This document shows, in pieces, positions 1 through 9,903 of a DNA stretch of 64,000 bases (positions are counted from its first letter, which is position 1; each line of letters begins with the position of its first letter). Under the pieces are notes generated by a model. That model was given only the letters and a program-made list of their open reading frames with translations, did no database searches and was not told the origin of the DNA. The DNA is from a bacterium (GTDB lineage: Bacteria; Patescibacteriota; UBA1384; VFKW01), in contig JAUSIS010000006.1 of assembly GCA_030647355.1 (NCBI GenBank), positions 90,221-154,220 on the forward strand, given 5' to 3'. Both the position numbers and the translations under genes were made by a program.

Positions 1-196
1 GGGTGGGTTGATTAACCACGATTATTTTGACGCTACCCGAGTTAAACAATTAGCGATGCTTCCGAGTAGAGAGCAATTGAATGGCAAATTGGTGGGTACA
101 CTATCCGGACCGATGTATGGTTTAGTCGGTGTATTAAATGGTAATCTAAGAGGTTTGGTTTCTGTGCTTTCACAGTACCAAGCGATTAAAAAGTAA
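1..196 (+). CDS. rplJ: 50S ribosomal protein L10, C-terminal part (gene starts upstream of the window)
   Basis: The open frame runs off the window start and ends 15 nt before rplL, the canonical L10-L7/L12 order. The C-terminal helix-like sequence ...LVGVLNGNLRGLVSVLSQ is consistent with the L10 tail. Confidence 0.6.
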   Translation, partial: GGLINHDYFDATRVKQLAMLPSREQLNGKLVGTLSGPMYGLVGVLNGNLRGLVSVLSQYQAIKK

Positions 197-211
197 TTAA
201 CTGGAGGACAT

Positions 212-616
212 ATGTCTGAAGAAAAGAAAGAATTAAAGTTCAAGAAACTGGTCGACGAAATAAAAGGTTTATCAGTTATGGAACTTAGCGAACTAGTAAA
301 AAAGCTCGAAGGCGAGCTTGGTGTCAGCGCGGCTATGCCTATGGCTGCGGCCGCTCCGGCTGCAGGTGCTGTAGGAGCCGGGGAAGCTGAAGCGGAAGAG
401 AAATCAGCTTACAATGTTATAATTGCGACTGCCGGCGATCAAAAGATTGCTGTTATTAAGGCAGTCCGCGTGATCCGTCCCGATCTAGGATTGAAAGAAG
501 CCAAAGATCTAGTTGATGGAGCGCCCAAAGAAGTGAAAGCTAATGTTAAGAAAGAAGAAGCTGAAGAAGCTAAGAAAAAATTGGAAGCGGCTGGTGCTAC
601 TGTCGAACTAAAGTAG
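212..616 (+). CDS. rplL: 50S ribosomal protein L7/L12
   Basis: The translation [33 protein letters not shown]..Ala-rich hinge..[38 protein letters not shown] is the unmistakable L7/L12 signature. An SD (GGAGGA) sits 6 nt upstream. Confidence 0.95.
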   Translation: MSEEKKELKFKKLVDEIKGLSVMELSELVKKLEGELGVSAAMPMAAAAPAAGAVGAGEAEAEEKSAYNVIIATAGDQKIAVIKAVRVIRPDLGLKEAKDLVDGAPKEVKANVKKEEAEEAKKKLEAAGATVELK

Positions 617-622
617 TTTTTT

Positions 623-701
623 GTCATGACCTCGCATTACTCGGGGAGCGTTTTCGCTTCGCTCGCACTAGCAGACTCCCCTCGTAACGCGAGGTCATGA
701 C
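623..701 (+). repeat. Long compound inverted repeat (about 13 bp arms GTCATGACCTCGC / GCGAGGTCATGAC enclosing a second imperfect IR) immediately 3' of rplL
   Basis: Read directly from the sequence: gtcatgacctcgc at 623-635 and gcgaggtcatgac at 689-701. The inner arms are cggggag at 642-648 and ctcccct at 676-682. Confidence 0.7.
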
Positions 702-718
702 TTGAGATAGGTTGGGTA

Positions 719-752
719 CTAAAAGGCCTTCGGTGAACGAAGGCCTTTTGTG
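719..752 (+). terminator. Rho-independent terminator after rplL
   Basis: aaaaggccttcg-gtgaa-cgaaggcctttt forms an 11-bp perfect stem, followed by a T-rich tract. Confidence 0.8.
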
Positions 753-787
753 TAGAATTTTTTGTTATTTTAAGGTATAATTAGGTT

Positions 788-2080
788 ATGAAATTTTCAC
801 TTACTAAAAAAATTAACAATGCGCGGATTGGAAAAATAACAACTCATCACGGCGATATAGACACTCCAGTATTTATGCCAGTGGGAACAATGGGTAGTGT
901 GAGGGCAATGAAAGGCACGGAACTGGTTGGTGTTGGCGCTCAGATTATATTAGGTAATACTTATCATCTTTATTTAAGGCCTGGGGTTGATATTTTAGAA
1001 AGATTTGGTGGTTTGCATAATTTTATGGGTTGGCATGGGCCGATTTTAACAGATAGCGGGGGATACCAAGTTTTTTCGCTTGGAAAGAGAAGTGACAGTT
1101 TCCAATCAGCAGAGGAAGGTGAGGGGTCCATTGATAGTTTTCAGGGTAATCTAGTTAGGATCACTGATGAGGGGGCGGTGTTTAAGTCGCATATTGATGG
1201 AAGCAAGCATTTATTTACCCCTGAGAAAGTAATAGATATACAGCTGGCGATTGGTTCGGATATTATGATGCCGCTGGATCATTGTCCTTCGGCTGACGCT
1301 GATGATAAGGAGATTGAGGCGGCAGTTGATTTGACGTCGAAATGGTTTGAAAGAACATGGAAGTATTTTGATAAAAAAACAAAGGAGATGGAAAAGAAAC
1401 CGGCTTTGTTTGCAATCATTCAAGGCGGAGCCAATGAGAAATTAAGAAAAAGATCGTTTGAATTTCTGTCACAATTCCTAGTGGATGGTTTCTCGATTGG
1501 CGGGGTGGCTAATGCCGGGGAGTCAAAATTAAAGCAGCAGAAAGCGCTGGAATTTACCTTACCTTTAATACCTGAAGATAAACCAAGGTATTTGATGGGG
1601 GTAGGGGAGCCGGCAGATATTATTAATGCTATCAATCAGGGTGTGGATATGTTTGATTGTGTTTTGCCGACAAGGCTGGCGAGGCACGGAGTGGCTTGGG
1701 TGAGTAGTAGTTCGTCAGATCGCTTATTGGAGAGCGTTACGCTTCCTGACGCAGTTGCTCAGGAGCGCTGCACTACGCTTGACTCTCCTCAAAGCAATCT
1801 GACGAACTTGTGGTTAGGGAAAAAGTTTGGGAAGGTTGATTTTAGAAAGAGCAGCCTGAGAGAAGGTAGTGGTCCGATTATGGAAGGTTGCGACTGCTTT
1901 GCTTGCAGGGTGCATTCGCGAGCTTATATACATCACTTAGTAAAATCTAAAGAAATTTTAGGTATTCGTTTGTTAACGGAGCATAATCTAAGGTTTGTTC
2001 TTAGGTTATTTGAGGATATAAGGCGATCTGTCGCTTGGGATAATAAGGAAGTTTTGGCAGTTGATGACAGAAGTATGTAA
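788..2080 (+). CDS. tgt: Queuine tRNA-ribosyltransferase (tRNA-guanine transglycosylase)
   Basis: The N-terminus ...GDIDTPVFMPVGTMGSVRAMKGTELVGVGAQIILGNTYHLYLRPG is typical of Tgt. The C-terminal zinc site CDCFACRVHSRAYIHHL (CxCxxC..H) is present. An unusual Ser-rich insertion precedes the zinc site. Confidence 0.9.
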   Translation: MKFSLTKKINNARIGKITTHHGDIDTPVFMPVGTMGSVRAMKGTELVGVGAQIILGNTYHLYLRPGVDILERFGGLHNFMGWHGPILTDSGGYQVFSLGKRSDSFQSAEEGEGSIDSFQGNLVRITDEGAVFKSHIDGSKHLFTPEKVIDIQLAIGSDIMMPLDHCPSADADDKEIEAAVDLTSKWFERTWKYFDKKTKEMEKKPALFAIIQGGANEKLRKRSFEFLSQFLVDGFSIGGVANAGESKLKQQKALEFTLPLIPEDKPRYLMGVGEPADIINAINQGVDMFDCVLPTRLARHGVAWVSSSSSDRLLESVTLPDAVAQERCTTLDSPQSNLTNLWLGKKFGKVDFRKSSLREGSGPIMEGCDCFACRVHSRAYIHHLVKSKEILGIRLLTEHNLRFVLRLFEDIRRSVAWDNKEVLAVDDRSM

Positions 2081-2115
2081 TTGTTTTATAATATAGGTGG
2101 TTAGGGAGGGGTCTA

Positions 2116-2541
2116 GTGCAGGATGTTTTGGCGCCTCATAATTTAGAAACTGGTGGTGTACCCACCCAGCAAGTTGAAGGTGAGAACCTAATAAAACCAG
2201 AGGGGAATTTTTCTAGTACTTTACAGAAAGAGCAGACAACTGAGCAAGAAGTGAGCCCAGAGGTAAATAAGGTAGAGGAGAGGACAGCCGAGGTCGCCGG
2301 GCAACCGATTGTACCGCCAGAGCTGACTTTGGGTTCCCAAATAGCAAGCCAGGGTGTTGATTCTTCGGAAAATAAGCCGAATCAGCCGTCGTTTTCCTAT
2401 AGTGGAACGAAGGATTTTATTAGTAAACATTATAAGGAACCTGATAAAAAGATGGCGGTTGGACCTCTATCGGTCCTACATACAGAAGTTCAGCGAATAA
2501 GAATTGCATATATACTAGCATCGAAGAAGGAAAAAGTATGA
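2116..2541 (+). CDS. Hypothetical low-complexity (Gln/Glu/Ser-rich) protein, GTG start
   Basis: The ORF lies immediately upstream (10 nt) of the first T4CP-like gene and is probably co-transcribed with it. I recognise no domain. Confidence 0.45.
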   Translation: MQDVLAPHNLETGGVPTQQVEGENLIKPEGNFSSTLQKEQTTEQEVSPEVNKVEERTAEVAGQPIVPPELTLGSQIASQGVDSSENKPNQPSFSYSGTKDFISKHYKEPDKKMAVGPLSVLHTEVQRIRIAYILASKKEKV

Positions 2542-2551
2542 AGGAGATGGA

Positions 2552-5059
2552 ATGTTAGCCACTGGAACACCTTTAATAGTCTATCTTGTTGCGATCGCTT
2601 TACTGCTGGCGGTAGTGTGGTTTGTGGTGTGGCTTGTATTGCATGCCCGTGAGGGGAAAGCTCTTAAAAATGCATTAAGTTTAGTAACGATGCAGGTGAC
2701 TATACCGAAAGAGATGGAAAAATCTTCCGAAGAGGCGGCGGCACCGCCCAAGGATTTCAAGGAACTTTTGTCAGTAGCAGAGCAGATGTTCGCCAGTTTA
2801 CATAGTGTTTTTGAAAATGGATTGAATCCCTGGATTTATGGTCAGGATAGTCTGATTTTTGAAATAATATCTAATGTGGGGCAAATAGTATTTTATGTAT
2901 CTTGTCCAGAAGGCCATCAGAAGTTGGTTGAGAGGCAAATCCATAGTTTTTATCCCGATGCGCAGATTGATATGATTGACGGTCCGAATATTTTCAATAT
3001 GGAGCAGGGGGAAGTGGTAGGGGCTAGTCTGAAGCTTGGTAAGAGGTTCGTTTATCCGATTAAGACTTATAAGATGCTGGAAAGCGATCCCTTGAATGCT
3101 ATCTCGAATGCATTTTCAAAATTAGGGGAGGGCGCTAATGCGGCTTTACAGATTGTAATTCAGCCTGCTAACCAGCGTTGGCAAATTCATACTGCGACTG
3201 CGGCTCAAGCAGTTTCTGAAGGCAAACCGATGCACGCCAGTCTAACTCCGGCGGGTCGGGTGATGTATGGGGCATTTGATGCCGTAGGTTCGGCACTAAG
3301 CAGTGCCGGGAGTGCACAAAACCAAGCGGAGCAAAAGCAGAATGAAAGGGATAACAAAATTCATCGGATCACTCCTCAACAAGAGGAGTTAATGAAGTTA
3401 TTTAATGAGAAAGGAGCAAAGGTTGGCTTCCGGACGATTGTTCGAGTGATTTCCGCAGCTCCGGATAAAAATATGGCTTGGCAGAATTGCGATAATATTT
3501 TGGCGGCATTTTCCCAATATAATCTGCCACAAGGGAATTTTTTCCGAATTATCAAACCGAGGCAGTCGGTACTGCTAACTGATTATGTACTGAAATATTT
3601 TGGTCATTGCCCCAAGATGCTTCTTAATACGGAAGAATTAGCCTCAATGTTTCATTTTCCTAATAGAAATCTGGAGACACCCAATATATTGTGGTCGCAT
3701 TCTAAATTACTCCCACCGCCTGTAACTTTGCCAAAAGAAGGGGTAGTTATTGGAAAGAGCATATATAGAGGGGAGGAAGAATTGGTGAGGATGGGTATTG
3801 AAGATAGAAGAAGGCATTTGTTTATGATTGGAAAGACCGGTGTTGGTAAGACCACTTTCTTTGAGAATATGATTTTACAGGATATTCAAGAAGGAAAGGG
3901 GCTATGCTTCATTGATCCTTTGGGGGATGCAATTGAGAGTATTTTAAAGAAGATTCCCAAGGAAAGGTCAGATGATGTTATTTTGTTTGATCCCGGGGAT
4001 GTAGATTATCCGATGGGGTTGAATCTTTTGGAGTTCAAGAACACTGAAGAACGCGACTTTTTAGTGCAAGAATGCATCGAGATGTTTTATAAATTGTTTG
4101 ATCCCAACCGAACCGGAATGGTGGGACCGCAGTTTGAGCACTGGTTTAGGAATGCTGCTTTGACCGTAATGAGTGACTCGGATGGGGGGACATTGATTGA
4201 AATACCCCGATTGTTTACGGATGACAATTTTCGAAAGCAAAAGATTGCTAAAGTAACAGATCCGATTGTGCGAGCGTTTTGGGATGAGCAATTAGCTAAA
4301 ACTTCCGATTTTCATAAGTCGGAAATGTACAATTATTTTATTTCAAAATTTGGTCGTTTTATGACCAATGATTTAATGCGGAATATTATTGGGCAGAAGA
4401 AAAGCGCTTTTAATATGCGGGAAATTATGGATAGCGGAAAGATTTTACTGATTAATTTAGCTAAAGGCAAGATTGGAGAGATTAACTCTAATTTACTGGG
4501 AATGGTAATGGTTTCAAAGATACAGATTGCGGCGTTTAGCAGGGCTGATATACCTGAAGAGACGAGGAAGGATTTCTTTTTATATGTTGATGAGTTCCAG
4601 AATTTTACAACGGATACTTTTGCCACAATTTTGTCAGAAGCGAGGAAGTATCATCTTAGTTTGAATATTACCAATCAGTATATTGCTCAACTGACTGAAA
4701 AGATACGGGATGCCGTGATCGGTAATGCCGGTACCATTGTAATATATAGAATAGGTGCGGCTGATGCGGAATTTTTGCAAAAAGAGTTGCCAAACGTCAC
4801 AATAAACGATATGGTTAACCTTGACAGATTCCAGGTTTATGTTAAATTATTAATAAATTTGACTCCTTCAAAACCCTTTAGTATGAAAGGGATTAAATCT
4901 GAAGTGGTAGAAAATGAAAGAGTTGGAGAGGTTATTAGACAATTAGTAAGATTCAAGTATGCTAAGGAAAGAACAGAAGTAGAGAGAGTGGTTCTGGGTA
5001 AGAGTTCGCTGGCAGTATCATTTCCCGAGGAACCTGGTATATCTAAGCCGACTCTGTAG
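2552..5059 (+). CDS. Membrane-anchored TrwB/TraD/VirD4-like coupling-protein family ATPase (FtsK/HerA superfamily), paralog 1
   Basis: It has an N-terminal TM helix and the Walker A motif MIGKTGVGKTT, followed about 20 aa later by CFIDPLGDA (compare TrwB VIVDPNGD). The Walker B motif is LYVDEFQNF and an Arg/Gln motif RKYHLSLNITNQ follows. The SD AAGGAGA is 5 nt upstream. Confidence 0.75.
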   Translation: MLATGTPLIVYLVAIALLLAVVWFVVWLVLHAREGKALKNALSLVTMQVTIPKEMEKSSEEAAAPPKDFKELLSVAEQMFASLHSVFENGLNPWIYGQDSLIFEIISNVGQIVFYVSCPEGHQKLVERQIHSFYPDAQIDMIDGPNIFNMEQGEVVGASLKLGKRFVYPIKTYKMLESDPLNAISNAFSKLGEGANAALQIVIQPANQRWQIHTATAAQAVSEGKPMHASLTPAGRVMYGAFDAVGSALSSAGSAQNQAEQKQNERDNKIHRITPQQEELMKLFNEKGAKVGFRTIVRVISAAPDKNMAWQNCDNILAAFSQYNLPQGNFFRIIKPRQSVLLTDYVLKYFGHCPKMLLNTEELASMFHFPNRNLETPNILWSHSKLLPPPVTLPKEGVVIGKSIYRGEEELVRMGIEDRRRHLFMIGKTGVGKTTFFENMILQDIQEGKGLCFIDPLGDAIESILKKIPKERSDDVILFDPGDVDYPMGLNLLEFKNTEERDFLVQECIEMFYKLFDPNRTGMVGPQFEHWFRNAALTVMSDSDGGTLIEIPRLFTDDNFRKQKIAKVTDPIVRAFWDEQLAKTSDFHKSEMYNYFISKFGRFMTNDLMRNIIGQKKSAFNMREIMDSGKILLINLAKGKIGEINSNLLGMVMVSKIQIAAFSRADIPEETRKDFFLYVDEFQNFTTDTFATILSEARKYHLSLNITNQYIAQLTEKIRDAVIGNAGTIVIYRIGAADAEFLQKELPNVTINDMVNLDRFQVYVKLLINLTPSKPFSMKGIKSEVVENERVGEVIRQLVRFKYAKERTEVERVVLGKSSLAVSFPEEPGISKPTL

Positions 5060-5070
5060 GGAAGGAGCAA

Positions 5071-5598
5071 ATGGTAAGTAAAAAAACAACTGGAAACAAG
5101 GCAGTTAAGAAGCCAGAAAGTTTAGTTGACTTAAAGAAGGTCCTGGATAATGCGGAAAAGCAGATACGTATTGCCAAGCAGTTGCTTTTTAAAGAGTTAT
5201 ATTGCGAGAAGGCAAAATCGCTTGAGTCTAGTGATGCTTCGGTTGAGGGTGTATTTGATGGTGTTGATATGGTTGGGTCAGATAGGAAGACCTATAAGGT
5301 GCCATCGAATTATGCCAGTAAATCAAAGTTGGTAGCCGGCGATATAATGAAACTATCAATAGATGATAAGGGAGCATATACGTATAAACAGATTGGTCCA
5401 GTTCAGCGCCAGAGATTAGTTGGTGTCCTTTGTGAGAATGAAACCGGTTATTATGCAGAATGCGAAGGCAGAGTATTTAATGTATTAGCGGCGAGTGTTA
5501 CATATTTGAAGGCAAAGGATGGAGACAGGGTTACATTGTTGGTGGCACGAGATCAAGAATGTAATTGGGCAGCCATAGATAATGTAATTTCCAGTTGA
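5071..5598 (+). CDS. Hypothetical protein sandwiched between the two T4CP-like paralogs
   Basis: The SD GGGAAGGAG precedes the ATG. The stop overlaps the TTG start of the next gene by 4 nt (TTGA), indicating translational coupling. Confidence 0.6.
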   Translation: MVSKKTTGNKAVKKPESLVDLKKVLDNAEKQIRIAKQLLFKELYCEKAKSLESSDASVEGVFDGVDMVGSDRKTYKVPSNYASKSKLVAGDIMKLSIDDKGAYTYKQIGPVQRQRLVGVLCENETGYYAECEGRVFNVLAASVTYLKAKDGDRVTLLVARDQECNWAAIDNVISS

Positions 5599-8540
5599 GT
5601 GCGGAGGTGAATATTAATTTGTTTAATCCAATAATAATATTAATAATTGGTCTTATCTTACTTGTAGTGATTGGCTTTATTATTGCTAAAATTCTACGGG
5701 ATAAGAGAAAAATCGAGGAATTTTTAGAGAAAGAATATGTCATTCTCTCAATTATGGTGCCAAAGAATAATGAAAAAACTCCACTGGCGGCCGAACAGAT
5801 GTTTGCGTCTTTGCATGGGATTTTAAAACCACAGGAGGACAAGCAAGAGCATATTAGTTTTGAGATTGCTTCTCAAGATAAATTCACTCAATTTTATGTC
5901 TGTGTGCGTAAAGAGTTGAAAGATTTTGTAGAAGGACAGATTTATGCTCAATACCCTAGTGTAGAAATAAAAGAAGTTCCGGATTATACGGGTATAGAAT
6001 TAGAAGGGATGTCGTCATATGCGACGGAGCTGACTTTAAGTAAAGAGGGTGTTTATCCGATAAAAACTTTTGAAAGTTTTGAGGTTGATCCACTGGCAGC
6101 TATTACAGGTGTTTTGTCGAAGGTTCAGGGTGATGAGCGTATTTGGATACAGATGTTGACCCGTCCGGTTGACGATAGTTGGCAGGATAAAGGCGTACAG
6201 ATCGTAAAGAATATGCGCGACGGGGTAAAAGCTGGGGGAAGTATCGGTCAGGAAATTGCCAACGCGTTTTTAATGCTTTTTAGGGAGCTTCTGATGGCGG
6301 TAGTTTCACCTCCGAAGCCTGAGGAGAAGAAGAAAGAAGATAAGGAAAAGAAAGAGGATAAAAAGTTGCCGGCACCGGTTGAAACGGCGATGGCGGGAAT
6401 CGAGACAAAGATACAAAAGCTGGGTTTTGAGACTAAAATAAGAATTATGACCGTTGCGCATGATGATGAATCAGCCAAGGCGAAGATGTTAGCTGTGATT
6501 GGAGTTTTTCGGCAATTCAATACAACTAATTTAAATAGTTTTGTTTCAGGTAAAATCGTTGATGGCGAGGAGTTACTACCTGTGTTTCAGATGAGGCCGT
6601 TTGGAGACAGAGGATATATTTTTAATATTGAAGAATTAGCTTCTATTTATCATTTTCCTCATATGTCAGTGGAGACGCCATCTATTGTTTGGGCGGGTGT
6701 AAAGAAGGGAGAACCGCCGGCGCATCTGCCAATACAGGGGATTGTTGATGATGATCATATGACAATTCTAGCCCAGACTAATTTTCGGCATCGCGAGCAG
6801 AAGTTTGGTATTAAGATGATTGACCGTCGGTTGCATATGTATAGTATTGGTAAAACTGGAACAGGGAAGTCAACGTTGATGGAAAATATGATCTATGACG
6901 ATCTTATTCGCGGTAGGGGTCTGGCGGTTGTTGATCCTCATGGTCAGACAATTGATCATATATTGAAATTTATACCAGAAGAAAGAATGAAGGATGTAGT
7001 GTACCTAAATCCGGCTGATCAAAGTTGTCCAATAGGTTTTAATCTATTGGAAAGTGTTGAGGCGGACCAAAAGAACATTATGGCTTCTGGGCTCATGAGT
7101 GTGTTTCTGAAACTATGGGAAGGGACATTCAGTGCCAGAATGGAATATATATTAAGGAATACCATTTTAGCATTAATTGATTATCCTAGAGCGACGATGC
7201 TCGGAATCATGAGGGTTTTGAATGATAAAAATTACCGCAAGATGATTTTATCTTACGTGAAGGATCCTGTAATTCTGGATTTTTTCTATAATGAGTACGA
7301 GAAGTATGATCCTAAATTTCGTACGGAAGCAATTGCGCCTATTCAGAACAAAGTCGGGCAATTCTTGTCATCGAGTACGATCAGAAATATTGTAGGTCAA
7401 GAGAAATCTACGATCAATATCTCTGAAATCATGAATAATGGAAAGATTCTTTTGGTTGATTTATCGGTGGGAAAGATCGGTGAGGATAACTCAACACTAC
7501 TGGGTTCCATGATGATTACTAAAATCCAGCTGGCTGCGATGCAAAGGGCGCATGTGCCGGAAGAAGAGAGGCGTGACTTTTATCTATATGTGGATGAATT
7601 CCAAAATTTTGCCACCGAATCCTTTGCTACTATTCTGTCTGAAGCAAGAAAATATCATTTAAATCTAACTCTGACAAATCAATATACGGCGCAGGTTGAT
7701 GAGAAAGTCATGGATGCAATTATGGGTAATATTGGAACCATGGTGGCATTTAGAGTCGGGGCACCAGATGCCGATCTGCTTGCCAAAGAGTTTGAGCCGG
7801 TATTTGAGACGACAGATTTGATTAACCAGCCCAACAGACATATATATATCAAAATGGCAATTGACGGTGTGACTTGTCCGGCTTTTTCAGCCGATACATT
7901 GCCACCTCGAGTATTGGAAAAGAGTTTTGGGGATGAAGCAATCGAATTTTCCCAGACGACATATGGTAGGCCGCGCGATGAGGTTGAGCAGGAGATTAAT
8001 GATTATATGAGTGAGGATATTGAGGAAGCAGTCAAGGAACTTGATCCAGTTATGGCAGAACTTCGTCAGGAATATAAGGAGATATCTATTAAAGGCGGTT
8101 ATAAGTGGTATCTGGGGGCAGGGGAAGAGGGGACAGATGAGGAGCTTATGGAGGAACCTATTAATGACGACAATAACGCCGGGGCGGATGAAACAGATAG
8201 TTCAAACCTGGTAAGCGATGATACCGAGATGGTTGCTCAAGATAGTGTTGGTCAAGATATGCCACAGGATAGTAGTCACATTATCTCCAGTCAGCTGGCT
8301 AATAAAATTGCCAAGAAGGCTAGGAAGAGAAACAGAAATAAAGAAAAGAAGAAGGCATTATCTGCTCAAGAGCAATTAGCTAATCAGGGTGAACTTTCTC
8401 CAGTTCAGATATCTCCAGATAGTATTAATATGCCCCCAGAGTCTACGCAGTCTACCCATTTACCTCAAACAGGATCTCATCATGGGCACCATACGACTAT
8501 CCTCGAAGAAGGAGAGACCGTAGACCTGAAGAATAACTAA
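5595..8540 (+). CDS. Membrane-anchored TrwB/VirD4-like coupling-protein family ATPase, paralog 2, with a long acidic/basic low-complexity C-terminal tail
   Basis: The motifs are SIGKTGTGKST, AVVDPHGQT, LYVDEFQNF and RKYHLNLTLTNQ. It shares the N-terminal blocks EQMFASLH and YPIKT.E..E.DPL with paralog 1. A KPEEKKKEDKEKKEDKK insert is present. The C-terminal ~190 aa are disordered (DEEL..DDNNAGADETDSS...KKARKRNRNKEKKK). Confidence 0.75.
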   Translation: MSAEVNINLFNPIIILIIGLILLVVIGFIIAKILRDKRKIEEFLEKEYVILSIMVPKNNEKTPLAAEQMFASLHGILKPQEDKQEHISFEIASQDKFTQFYVCVRKELKDFVEGQIYAQYPSVEIKEVPDYTGIELEGMSSYATELTLSKEGVYPIKTFESFEVDPLAAITGVLSKVQGDERIWIQMLTRPVDDSWQDKGVQIVKNMRDGVKAGGSIGQEIANAFLMLFRELLMAVVSPPKPEEKKKEDKEKKEDKKLPAPVETAMAGIETKIQKLGFETKIRIMTVAHDDESAKAKMLAVIGVFRQFNTTNLNSFVSGKIVDGEELLPVFQMRPFGDRGYIFNIEELASIYHFPHMSVETPSIVWAGVKKGEPPAHLPIQGIVDDDHMTILAQTNFRHREQKFGIKMIDRRLHMYSIGKTGTGKSTLMENMIYDDLIRGRGLAVVDPHGQTIDHILKFIPEERMKDVVYLNPADQSCPIGFNLLESVEADQKNIMASGLMSVFLKLWEGTFSARMEYILRNTILALIDYPRATMLGIMRVLNDKNYRKMILSYVKDPVILDFFYNEYEKYDPKFRTEAIAPIQNKVGQFLSSSTIRNIVGQEKSTINISEIMNNGKILLVDLSVGKIGEDNSTLLGSMMITKIQLAAMQRAHVPEEERRDFYLYVDEFQNFATESFATILSEARKYHLNLTLTNQYTAQVDEKVMDAIMGNIGTMVAFRVGAPDADLLAKEFEPVFETTDLINQPNRHIYIKMAIDGVTCPAFSADTLPPRVLEKSFGDEAIEFSQTTYGRPRDEVEQEINDYMSEDIEEAVKELDPVMAELRQEYKEISIKGGYKWYLGAGEEGTDEELMEEPINDDNNAGADETDSSNLVSDDTEMVAQDSVGQDMPQDSSHIISSQLANKIAKKARKRNRNKEKKKALSAQEQLANQGELSPVQISPDSINMPPESTQSTHLPQTGSHHGHHTTILEEGETVDLKNN

Positions 8541-8541
8541 A

Positions 8542-8802
8542 TTATTCTTCGCCGAGGGCTCTTTTTCCAGCCTCAATTAGTTTTTTGACTCTTTGTCCGC
8601 CTAAGCGGCCAACTTTGCCACTACGGATATCTTCGGCGTTAGCACGTATACTGCCGCCTTTTTTACCGATTGCCTCGTAGAATTCTTTGCCATATCTCTT
8701 CTTGACAATGTTGCCGCCTTTTTTACCGGCTTCCTGGACAGTCATCCCGCCTTTGGATGGAGTCTGCCTGGAAGATGTAGTAGGTCTCATATATGCCTCC
8801 AA
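8542..8802 (-). CDS. KGG-repeat general stress protein (YciG/GsiB-like)
   Basis: The protein has repeated KGG-containing units (KKGGNIVKKRYGKEFYEAIGKKGGSI). The DNA carries a matching direct repeat gccgccttttttaccg at 8651-8666 and 8712-8727. Confidence 0.75.
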   Translation of the reverse strand: MEAYMRPTTSSRQTPSKGGMTVQEAGKKGGNIVKKRYGKEFYEAIGKKGGSIRANAEDIRSGKVGRLGGQRVKKLIEAGKRALGEE

Positions 8803-9341
8803 TTACTTATTACAGGGTTAATTATATTAAGCTATTAGTTGAGAAGCATTAGCTAAATTGGCAATTAGGTCAATAGTTATGGGTATATTTATGTAGGAAG
8901 CAATAGGGTTAAAATAATACTCATCAATTTAATATATTATTGTGCGACGTATTAAAAGCCTCTGTGTTAGTTTTTTAGGTAGAGAAGTGTGCTTTTTCAC
9001 CTGTTAATTTTTTTTAAAAAAAAAGTAGGGGAGCGTTAGGCGGGGAGACCCCTATTTGAAAAAATAGGGAATTGTGCGCAACTGGTTTTGGGGTGGGCTT
9101 TGACGGGAAAGTTGGCGGAGAAGTGTGTAAAAGCACATTTTAGTAACTATTTATGTATTGGTTAATTCCTATAATTCAAAAGACCTAACTTACTATAATG
9201 TCGCAAAAGATATATTGTGCGACAATTCAAATCACGAGAATCACTCTATCTTCTGGTTTACTAATGACATCTATAAATTTTGGGACATAGTAAATAGCTT
9301 GGGGGGCTTGCTCTCCCCTGTTCCCTGGTATGATGTGTCAG

Positions 9342-9725
9342 TTATTCGAGTTCTGCTTTGGCTTTTAGTCTCGTTTCAACTTCCTTTTTACCCATAAATC
9401 GGGATAAAAAGAAATACCTAATGATCCCAATATTGTTTAGCATTCTTATAGTAAAGGCAACTATAATGGCAAGATACAGGTCAATTCCTAATCTATCACC
9501 GAGGAATGTAATAATTATAGCTAGGAACATATTAGTAATTAAACCTGAAACAAAGACCGTTGCATTGTAGCGACCTTGTAGATCTCCTCTTATAGCGCCA
9601 AAAACCGAGTCAAGGATTCCCATAATTCCGACAGCGGTATACCTGGCGTATTCAATTGGAATAGTTAAGGGGGTATAAATCCCGAGGATGATACCTATGG
9701 CAAGCCCAATTAACCCATACCACAT
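9342..9725 (-). CDS. Small three-TM basic membrane protein, DUF1290/Sbp-like
   Basis: It is 127 aa with three hydrophobic segments and a central ...IRGDLQGRYNATVFVSGLITN...FLGDRLGIDLYLA..F.IR..NNI.IIR pattern reminiscent of the Sbp family. This family call is from memory only. Confidence 0.5.
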   Translation of the reverse strand: MWYGLIGLAIGIILGIYTPLTIPIEYARYTAVGIMGILDSVFGAIRGDLQGRYNATVFVSGLITNMFLAIIITFLGDRLGIDLYLAIIVAFTIRMLNNIGIIRYFFLSRFMGKKEVETRLKAKAELE

Positions 9726-9903
9726 ATTACTCCTTTCTGCCCGCGGCAGATAATTCCAGACTGCTTTTAATATAACAATTGCTTAGTTATTGTGCAATAA
9801 CAGATAGAAAGCCGTAGAATCGGCTGCAGCGTGTTTTTACTGGTAGTTGCCATATTTTCATCATCCGGACAGCGCGCGTAAGCGGATATTTTTCATTTTT
9901 TAA

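Noticed and set aside
8651-8727. Direct DNA repeat gccgccttttttaccg inside the KGG-protein gene
   Set aside because: It is explained by the repeated KKGG peptide units of the encoded protein, not an independent element.
9158-9570. Plus-strand ORFs 9158..9397 and 9358..9570
   Set aside because: They overlap the Sbp-like membrane-protein gene on the other strand. Their translations are AT-rich and low-complexity, with no SD.
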